A DNA stretch of 64,000 bases from a virus: the IMG/VR virus record IMGVR_UViG_3300035698_006513; one strand, written 5' to 3'. Positions 57,099-64,000 of the stretch are shown in pieces. A program made the position numbers and the translations under genes. The notes below the pieces were generated by a model. It made no database searches. It was not told where the DNA came from and saw nothing but the letters and a program-made list of their open reading frames with translations. Within the stretch, counting starts at the first letter, position 1; each line of letters starts with the position of its first letter.

Positions 57099-58223
57099 CT
57101 AGAAAATCACCACTTTGGGTACGTAGATACCTTTGTATGCGAGAGCTTGGTACTCAAACGGAGCTTCTTCAGTATCGGGGATGACACTGGAGAGGATACT
57201 ATCAGTATCGTGAGACGTTGCGTCGCCCGAGTATAGTTCCAATTTCTTGACGCCAGCGACATTGAGAATCGCCATAGCGATGTCTTCCCAAGCCCACCAC
57301 ATCAAACGGTTGCCTTCCTTCTTAGCGAAGAATTGCATCTGCCCGAGTTGGTAACTGCGGCCCAAGTAATTGGGTTTGGCAAAAGAGTAAACGTTACCCG
57401 GTCGGAGCACTTTACCTTTAATGGTACGCACAACTGTGAGTCCCAAAAGGGTAGGAGATTTCCAACCAGTTTTGGCGGTTTCACCTTCGACCTGAGAACC
57501 GAGATCTTCAATAGTCCATGCATCGACGTGAGACAAGTCACTATCAGTGATGAGCAGCTTGTCGGCGCGGTTACGGGTATTGAAGTGGAGTCGCTTGAGA
57601 GCGGCGATGTCGGGACGCTCGAGGGGACGAGCAACGCCATCATCAGCAGCTGCATTACGAGCGCGTTCGCCTTTTACGACGGCCCACTCAGTAACAGAAC
57701 CTGCGGCCAAGGCACTCATGTTGAGGGCAGTGACGGTTCCGCCATTACCTTCTTGTTGCATGGCTTGGACAGCAGCTTCGACGTGCTGAATCCACTCGCG
57801 ATCTTCGATTTCTTCGATGTCGAGAGGAGTGTTGTCCTCAATAACCTTCGTAATTGGGTACGGATAGGTCATGAGTTCTTGGGTGGTGATCTCAAAACGT
57901 TCACTGGCGATCGAGAAGAAACCCATTGCGGCTTTGGGGCCACGGATAATTCGAGCAGATGGTCCACCACGGAAGTTGAAAACCATTGCGCGAGATTTGG
58001 GCTCGAGCCATTCGATCTTGGTGAAGGTATCGTGATCTAAAGAAACCTGAAGCCCTGGGGCTCCGGGACCAATGTTAACCATTGGGACAAGCTTGCGGTT
58101 GAAAGCGGCTTCGCGGATGTGGTCTCGTACAACCTTACTACCGTGAGCTGATGCTTCGCCGGGGTCAGCGGCAACCTTTTCGATGAACGCCGCATTAGCG
58201 AATTGCGCAGCAGTCATAGCCAT
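57099..58223 (-). CDS. major capsid protein
   Basis: 374 aa; strong AGGAGG RBS; position after protease, scaffold and decoration genes. Confidence 0.75.
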   Translation of the reverse strand: MAMTAAQFANAAFIEKVAADPGEASAHGSKVVRDHIREAAFNRKLVPMVNIGPGAPGLQVSLDHDTFTKIEWLEPKSRAMVFNFRGGPSARIIRGPKAAMGFFSIASERFEITTQELMTYPYPITKVIEDNTPLDIEEIEDREWIQHVEAAVQAMQQEGNGGTVTALNMSALAAGSVTEWAVVKGERARNAAADDGVARPLERPDIAALKRLHFNTRNRADKLLITDSDLSHVDAWTIEDLGSQVEGETAKTGWKSPTLLGLTVVRTIKGKVLRPGNVYSFAKPNYLGRSYQLGQMQFFAKKEGNRLMWWAWEDIAMAILNVAGVKKLELYSGDATSHDTDSILSSVIPDTEEAPFEYQALAYKGIYVPKVVIF

Positions 58224-58321
58224 TGATTCTTCCTCCTAATAAACAATGTTTACCGGGCTGCCGAGGCACGCCAATCAGCGCGTCCAGATCGTCACAGACC
58301 GATTAGAGCGTGATGGTCCGA

Positions 58322-58843
58322 TTAAGGAGTCAAACGAGGTTGGTTGTACAGTAGGACTTTCCACCAAGATCCGTCAGGATCTCCAGTGTTGGTACCTACT
58401 GAGATAACCTTGCCCACAACATAAACACCAGCACCGGTCATTTTTACAAGACCAGCGCGGGTTTGACTGTTGTAGGTAACATTACCGACCATGACTTCTT
58501 CACCAGCTGCCAGAGCGCTGGCACCAGAAATGACCTTGGTCTTGATGATGCGAGGGCGTTCGAGTGCGATGGGACCTTTTTTCTCTGCGGATGCTTGCAT
58601 GTCGGTCATGCCAAGTTCGCCAACAAAGAGCATGGGCTCAGCTTCGCCGGATGTGGCGCGAGAAAGTTTCTCAATCACGCCTCCGCCAAACATCGTGAGC
58701 CACTCACCGCCTACTAAGGGCACGGGTGTAATGCCTTTAGGGTTGGATACGAGACCTACGGTACCTTCTTGGAGGCTAAGGGTCTCAATGGATTGAAATG
58801 GGGGGTGGACAATTTCCAAAGGATTACTGAATACATCAGCCAT
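58322..58843 (-). CDS. capsid decoration/cement protein (putative)
   Basis: 173-aa Gly/Val beta-rich protein immediately before the capsid gene; AGGAGG RBS. Confidence 0.55.
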   Translation of the reverse strand: MADVFSNPLEIVHPPFQSIETLSLQEGTVGLVSNPKGITPVPLVGGEWLTMFGGGVIEKLSRATSGEAEPMLFVGELGMTDMQASAEKKGPIALERPRIIKTKVISGASALAAGEEVMVGNVTYNSQTRAGLVKMTGAGVYVVGKVISVGTNTGDPDGSWWKVLLYNQPRLTP

Positions 58844-58892
58844 TCTTCGTTCCCTCCTAGTGGAACAGGATTATCAAAAGAGGAGCAATGGG

Positions 58893-59321
58893 CTAAGAAA
58901 TAAACCCTGCGCCTTCCATACTTGAGGACATCAACCACTCATTCATATCAGCAGACGCACCGGTTTGCTGCGCAGAGGGGCTGTAATTTTCATCTTGTGC
59001 TGTAACATTGTGACTTCCCACGGATGCCAACTTGGGGTCGTTAGCTCGTAGGTCAACAGCTCGTTCAAGCACGTGAAGGTCTTCACCCGACTGGGCCAAT
59101 TTAATGGCATAGTCAAGGGGGTCAGAACCTTCCATGAAACGCGGGTCCACAGCCTTAGCAATCTTGATGGCATGGGTAAGGCGGTCATACGAAGATGATA
59201 CCTTTTCCAATTCAACAATTCTTTGGTACGACTGTCGATTGTCTTGTGCGGCTTCTTTTAAAAGGGTTGCCGCGTCGGTATAAGTCAACTTTTCCACGAC
59301 TAGCTCCTTAAGCGCCTGCAA
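58893..59321 (-). CDS. scaffold/core-like protein
   Basis: Helical; multiple KxA motifs; head module. Confidence 0.5.
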   Translation of the reverse strand: MQALKELVVEKLTYTDAATLLKEAAQDNRQSYQRIVELEKVSSSYDRLTHAIKIAKAVDPRFMEGSDPLDYAIKLAQSGEDLHVLERAVDLRANDPKLASVGSHNVTAQDENYSPSAQQTGASADMNEWLMSSSMEGAGFIS

Positions 59322-60303
59322 GTGATTGGCCGCCCATCATGTCGACGCCCATCATGCTTTCTTTTTCCTGAGAGTCTTCACTCTCATCTTCTTTCTCGTC
59401 TTCTTTCTCGTCTTCTTTCTCGTCTTCCTTTTCATCTTCTTTGGAACCTTCAGAGAATTGCTCCTCTTGTGCGTTCTTAATGAATGAAGCGAGGAATGAA
59501 CGGGCGTCAGAAGCGGTCTTGTGTACATCTGGGTGACCGGGACCCGCACCGGAACCGGAGTCAACGTTTGCTTTGTTTGACTGTGGTTCAGTAAGAGGGA
59601 ACTCTCGGCTCTTGTTATGATCTTCCAGCACGTTAGCCTCAGTCTTACCTACATCAACGGGACTACCGCTGGTGAAGGGTCCGCCTGTACCTGTTGCAGG
59701 AATCTTGGAACTTTCGTCGTCCTTGGGGCCGTCCCCAGGAGGTTGGACGCCTCTTCCAGAATCACCAACAGGAATGCTATCTGTGGCAGCAGATACTTTC
59801 TTCATCAAAAACATACGAGCGCTGGCTGCTTTCTCAGTGAGGGCAGAGCTGGAAGAAGTGTAGCTAAGACCTTCTTCATTGTTCTCGTCAGTCTTGATGT
59901 GGTTGGGTCCACGTTCATCTGTTTCCATGCCTTCGGTTCCAGTCTTATACTTACTGCCTTCTGCAGGAGTAAGATGTCCACTGGGAACGGCCATTGTTTC
60001 ATTGTCGGTGGGACCAATGGGAGAAGCAGGTTGCACTTTGGCAGGACCTGCGTCAGAGGGGTTCGTATTGACTGCGTCTTCAGCTTGCTTTGTGAGTAAC
60101 TCAGCAGCGATTTCGTATGCAGACGCAGATTTCAACAGACCATCATTAAGAGGTTGGGTGGGAGGTTCCACCTGAGAAGTTGACTGAGCTGTGGGAATAC
60201 GTCCCTGAGCACTGGCCTGCTTCACAATCTCTTTATTCTGGTTGTACGCATTAGTAATCGCATCGAAGATACCTAATGGCGCAGTATAGCTTTGATCTGC
60301 CAT
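59308..60303 (-). CDS. disordered acidic scaffold/core protein
   Basis: Low complexity; (EDEK)n repeat; seven KxA/KxS motifs. Confidence 0.55.
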   Translation of the reverse strand: MADQSYTAPLGIFDAITNAYNQNKEIVKQASAQGRIPTAQSTSQVEPPTQPLNDGLLKSASAYEIAAELLTKQAEDAVNTNPSDAGPAKVQPASPIGPTDNETMAVPSGHLTPAEGSKYKTGTEGMETDERGPNHIKTDENNEEGLSYTSSSSALTEKAASARMFLMKKVSAATDSIPVGDSGRGVQPPGDGPKDDESSKIPATGTGGPFTSGSPVDVGKTEANVLEDHNKSREFPLTEPQSNKANVDSGSGAGPGHPDVHKTASDARSFLASFIKNAQEEQFSEGSKEDEKEDEKEDEKEDEKEDESEDSQEKESMMGVDMMGGQSLAGA

Positions 60304-60355
60304 AACCTAATCCTTATTGTAAGGAGTTTCAGGAGTAGTACGCGGACATTGATAC

Positions 60356-61969
60356 CTACGACGTGAATTCCCAGCCCTTCTCAGCAAGAAGTCTGCGGGC
60401 ATCAGCATGAACTTGCTGAGGGTCGTACTTAGAAGTAGCAACATTGTTTGCGTTTAGAATAGACTGAGCAACTTTAATCACTTCTTCTGTGTAAGTGTCT
60501 TGGGCGGAAGCGGTGGCTTCTTTAGGTCCACCAGCTGCGGCTGCGCCTAGTCCAGCAGCACCACCTAGTCCAGCAGCACCAGCGAGGTATCCAGCGGCGG
60601 GGGCACCAGCGGTACCTGCAGCAGCGGGAATCAAGGTCTCACCTAAACCTGTAGCGCCTGCATGAGCGGAAGAGCCAACACCTTTAAGGTATTGTTGTAG
60701 TTTAGAGAGCCAGCCCTCTTGCATAGGTCCCATTGCACCCATTGCATGAGCTTGTTCACCAAGAGCCATACCTGCGCCCGGAGGACCCATTGCTTCTTTG
60801 GGAAGACCAAAGGCGATTTTGGCGAAGAGGTTGTCGACATACCCGATGTTGTCTTCACTCAGCTCATTGAGGTTTAGTTGACCTGTATGATAGGCAGTGT
60901 GAATTTGGGCAGCAGCAAGTTTCTCTTGCTCAGAGTAGGTGTATGCTTCCGCGGGAAGCGCAGAGGCAATCTTGGCCATTGCAGTTTTTTGTTCTTCTGG
61001 GGCAGGCATGTTGTCAGACATAAGATGCTTAATACCCATACCACCAAGAATGGCAGCGAGGGGAGCACCATAACCAGCAACACGATTAGCAATTGGATGA
61101 GAACCTCCACCGACAATGGCGTTACCAAGTTGAGAGGCTTTGCTGTCAACATACTTAGCAGCACCACCCAAGGCACCGGGTATTGCTTTAGCAGCATTAA
61201 CTGTTGCATCAGCAGCACTACGTCCGCCGCGGCGAACCTTGTCCATGAGAGTATTTGCGTCGGCTGCACTGGCAGCGAAGTTCTCAGCACCAGCAGCAAC
61301 TTCGGCAGCAGGAGCGATTCCTGACATACCGCCACCACTAGCTTGAGCAGCTTGTGCTGGGTTCAAAGGAGCTTGTGCAATGGGGACACCTCCCACATCT
61401 TTCAAGTACATTGAACCCCCAAAACCTCCAAGCATACTAGGATCTGCGTCTGGGCCATAAAGAGCCGAGTTAGCAATTTTTTGGAGAACGTAGGCAGATT
61501 CTTCTTGGCTGAGATTGGCTAGATCAACTTGACCACTCTTAACAGCATCAAACCATTGAGCGCCAGAGATCTTCATGAACTCGTCTTGAACTTCTTTGCT
61601 CTCTTGGTCAGCAGCAATCTTCTGCAACTCAGACCAATGAGAATGAGCAGTAATAACTCCACCCAACTTATGGCGAGCCATGAAAGCAGAAGCTTCCTTT
61701 TGACTCATACCTGTTTCTGTAAGCTGTTGATTTGCAGAGGCGAGCTTATCATTACCTGCTGCTTGCTGGTCTCCTCGGCTAACGATACTAGCAATCTTCA
61801 CAACTTCTTCATCAGTCATGGCGTCGAGGCTAAGTTCGCCTGACGAAATGGCGTCTAGAATTTGTGCAGCAGCTTGTTTCTCGTAGGCGTCTCGCTGAGA
61901 AGCGTCATCCCCGGTACCATTGGTACCAAACATGGCGGCAATCTCCGGATTCATATGTTCGGTGATCAT
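60356..61969 (-). CDS. Ala/Gly-rich internal head protein with repeats
   Basis: About 14 KxA motifs, three repeats of about 35 aa, and Gly-zipper segments. Confidence 0.6.
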   Translation of the reverse strand: MITEHMNPEIAAMFGTNGTGDDASQRDAYEKQAAAQILDAISSGELSLDAMTDEEVVKIASIVSRGDQQAAGNDKLASANQQLTETGMSQKEASAFMARHKLGGVITAHSHWSELQKIAADQESKEVQDEFMKISGAQWFDAVKSGQVDLANLSQEESAYVLQKIANSALYGPDADPSMLGGFGGSMYLKDVGGVPIAQAPLNPAQAAQASGGGMSGIAPAAEVAAGAENFAASAADANTLMDKVRRGGRSAADATVNAAKAIPGALGGAAKYVDSKASQLGNAIVGGGSHPIANRVAGYGAPLAAILGGMGIKHLMSDNMPAPEEQKTAMAKIASALPAEAYTYSEQEKLAAAQIHTAYHTGQLNLNELSEDNIGYVDNLFAKIAFGLPKEAMGPPGAGMALGEQAHAMGAMGPMQEGWLSKLQQYLKGVGSSAHAGATGLGETLIPAAAGTAGAPAAGYLAGAAGLGGAAGLGAAAAGGPKEATASAQDTYTEEVIKVAQSILNANNVATSKYDPQQVHADARRLLAEKGWEFTS

Positions 61970-62056
61970 ACGTCATTCTCCGATATTCAGAATTTTTTGG
62001 GGGTATCTCGTAAGGCGTGTCTACGGAAAAATAGTCCTCGACACCTACGGAAGGAA

Positions 62057-63640
62057 TTACTGGAGTGCCTGTGCCGCTCGCCGAAGAGTTGGGGTCACGA
62101 GTTCAGGACTTGATTGGATCATGTTTGAAATATTTGATCCGTATGCATGAACAGTATACGCAATAGTGGATCGAGACACAAGAGGTTCCGCTTGTTTGCT
62201 CAGACCTGAAGACAGGTCTGACAATTCGCCTGAGTACAACACATTGTATAACTCAGGGAAATCAGAGAACATTTCTGCACCAGACGCAATCTTTTCCAAC
62301 GCAGCCAAACGGTACCCGTTGTACAGTGCACTGAGTTTGCGCATGTCTGGAGTGTCGTTAAACCGATCCTCTGTGGATGGTTTTTTGATCGTGATGCGTA
62401 TGATGCGTTTGTTAATTGCAGGACCGTAGGATGATCTATTAGAAACCATCCCCAGAAGCATATTAGCCAAACCCTTCAAGAAGTGATCGTGTGCAAGTTG
62501 TTCATGACAGTTAGTAACTTTGTTTGTGTCTGGGAAACGCATACCCATGTTGTCCATAATATCAGCCAATCCGTGATTACCGCGACTAACTAATGCAACA
62601 CGTTGAAATTCTTTGGGTTTAAGAATCATACCCATACTTGATGTAGTAGCTAACGCTTGTGGTAAACCAGCCGAACCTAATGCGTTCAGCATATCAGTGG
62701 GTATAGATGGTTCATGTTGGGAGAATACTTTCATACTCTTACCAATGGGACCTGACTGATCACCATCTATGCGTTTGTGTATAGTAGCGTTTTTATCCGC
62801 AGCATCTTTATCCGCAGCATCTTTCATAAGGTACTCAGCAAGTTCTGCACTTGTACGCACTGATGTGTTTGCTACTTTTAGAAGCGTCTTCGCTTCATTA
62901 GCAGCACCAATCCATACGCGACTGAAGTCAAAGAACTTAGGTCGCGGGTTGTCGACACATATACGCAAACCCAATTTCTCTGGAGTAAGGTTCTCAAACC
63001 CCTTACGGCCATAAAAGTCTGCAGTAATGATTGTATTGGGGTAGCGTTTCATGTGTATGCAATACTCTTTACGAGTCTTTGCTTTGTTCCCACAGTAAGA
63101 GCATACGTCGTGCGGAACACGTGCGCCCATACTCCAAGCAGGAAACTCCCCACGTCCAATAGCTTCTATAACATCCTCAGCTCCAACCTTAGCCGCACGC
63201 TCTCTGTCTAACTTTACGATAGACTCGACGCGATCTAGGTATTTAGGTGCGGACGCGAACACAACGAAGTCGATGTCCCCATAAGACTTCTTAGGGTCTT
63301 TGTTAAGATGGTGCTTGTATATACCTGCAGTCTTGAAAGTTTCAATCCCCCAATCCTTACCTGTGTACGCAAGTACTGACCTGAGAAATCTATCAGCATT
63401 TACATTAGAACCCCATGTTTCGCCAGCACCCATATTCGAGCACAGTGCGTACATGTAACGGTCATTCATCGGATGGATGTTGAGCACGTGCGAGTAGATA
63501 TATTCGTACACATCGGGATGAACACCTGACGTAGCGACCTTCTCTAGCTCTCCGTGCCTTAAAGCGTAAGGATCTAATACGTCAAAAACGTCTAGACCCT
63601 CTCCACCAGTCCAGCCAGTCGGTTGGATAATCTTTTCCAT
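62057..63640 (-). CDS. prohead (maturation) serine protease with Zn ribbon
   Basis: N.NADRF, YKHHLNKD..KSYG and WSMGARVPHDVCSYCGN...YCIH pattern of large-phage prohead proteases; lies upstream of scaffold and capsid. Confidence 0.75.
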   Translation of the reverse strand: MEKIIQPTGWTGGEGLDVFDVLDPYALRHGELEKVATSGVHPDVYEYIYSHVLNIHPMNDRYMYALCSNMGAGETWGSNVNADRFLRSVLAYTGKDWGIETFKTAGIYKHHLNKDPKKSYGDIDFVVFASAPKYLDRVESIVKLDRERAAKVGAEDVIEAIGRGEFPAWSMGARVPHDVCSYCGNKAKTRKEYCIHMKRYPNTIITADFYGRKGFENLTPEKLGLRICVDNPRPKFFDFSRVWIGAANEAKTLLKVANTSVRTSAELAEYLMKDAADKDAADKNATIHKRIDGDQSGPIGKSMKVFSQHEPSIPTDMLNALGSAGLPQALATTSSMGMILKPKEFQRVALVSRGNHGLADIMDNMGMRFPDTNKVTNCHEQLAHDHFLKGLANMLLGMVSNRSSYGPAINKRIIRITIKKPSTEDRFNDTPDMRKLSALYNGYRLAALEKIASGAEMFSDFPELYNVLYSGELSDLSSGLSKQAEPLVSRSTIAYTVHAYGSNISNMIQSSPELVTPTLRRAAQALQ

Positions 63641-63655
63641 AAGAGGAGGCTCCTG

Positions 63656-63988
63656 CTATTGAGGGGACAGTTGCATTCTGCGCATACTTTCAAAACCAGG
63701 TGGTACTGAACCAGATCCACCTAAAGCGCGAGGGTCTAACTGTCCCCCTACTAATTGATGTCCCTGAGGTAGTTGTATCCTAGTTGCATAGTTTTCATCC
63801 ATACCACTATAAGGTGCAGGTTTCTTAACTGGACTTGATGGTGCAGGTTTCTTAACTGGACTTGCTTTTTGGGGAGGTAACCTAATGGGATTTACCCCTG
63901 TTGGAGCAAAACTCATATCAGACACGTTACCTGATATAGGAGCTGGTAATCCAGGTTGAACTCTAGTTTGTGCATTCGCCGATTCCAT
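63656..63988 (-). CDS. Pro-rich hypothetical protein
   Basis: 110 aa with an SPVKKPAP direct repeat (27-bp period). Confidence 0.55.
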   Translation of the reverse strand: MESANAQTRVQPGLPAPISGNVSDMSFAPTGVNPIRLPPQKASPVKKPAPSSPVKKPAPYSGMDENYATRIQLPQGHQLVGGQLDPRALGGSGSVPPGFESMRRMQLSPQ

Positions 63989-64000
63989 AAAGTTCCCCTC

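Noticed and set aside
59380-59440. 12-bp tandem repeat (EDEK)n, and the 27-bp repeat at 63812-63865
   Set aside because: These are ordinary in-frame low-complexity coding repeats.
40914-63988. Many plus-strand ORFs in the track (e.g. 57333..58040, 51725..52318, 54489..54983, 48616..49170)
   Set aside because: They are antisense shadows of long minus-strand genes, without RBS and with mirror-image composition.
1-64000. Genome-wide stop-codon reassignment (TAG or TGA)
   Set aside because: Long genes are intact in the standard code, and many end in TAG or TGA directly before the next RBS or start. Only one clear internal TAG was found.
1-64000. CRISPR array, integrase/transposase, reverse transcriptase/DGR, rRNA
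   Set aside because: No regularly spaced repeat-spacer units or diagnostic motifs were seen.

Overview
This 64 kb window is part of a large contractile-tailed (myovirus-like) phage genome in the standard genetic code. Most genes are on the minus strand and many are translationally coupled. Right end (40.9-64 kb): a virion module with prohead protease, scaffold/core proteins, decoration protein, major capsid protein, neck proteins, tail sheath and tube. Three large multidomain proteins are embedded in it: a glycine-zipper protein, an InPase+HAD+permuted NlpC/P60 protein, and an SNF2 helicase fusion. Middle (30-40 kb): a frameshifted tail-chaperone pair, dTMP kinase, a DNA methyltransferase, a stripped-down RecA and a 921-aa orphan. 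Left (0-30 kb): small accessory genes, a GroES-like co-chaperonin, a cluster of aberrant tRNAs, a plus-strand tail-fibre cassette, a PBP/beta-lactamase-fold protein and an L7/L12-domain protein. Strongest candidate novelties: (1) a K-x-A(S/A) motif that pervades the head module and sits at domain boundaries of the large proteins, suggesting protease-processed virion polyproteins that release enzymes and glycine-zipper peptides; (2) a family of about 15 divergent small proteins with shared N- and C-terminal motifs around variable inserts; (3) an ATAAG motif upstream of most transcription units; (4) tRNA-like genes with remodelled arms. All calls come from reading motifs by eye; no database searches were run.
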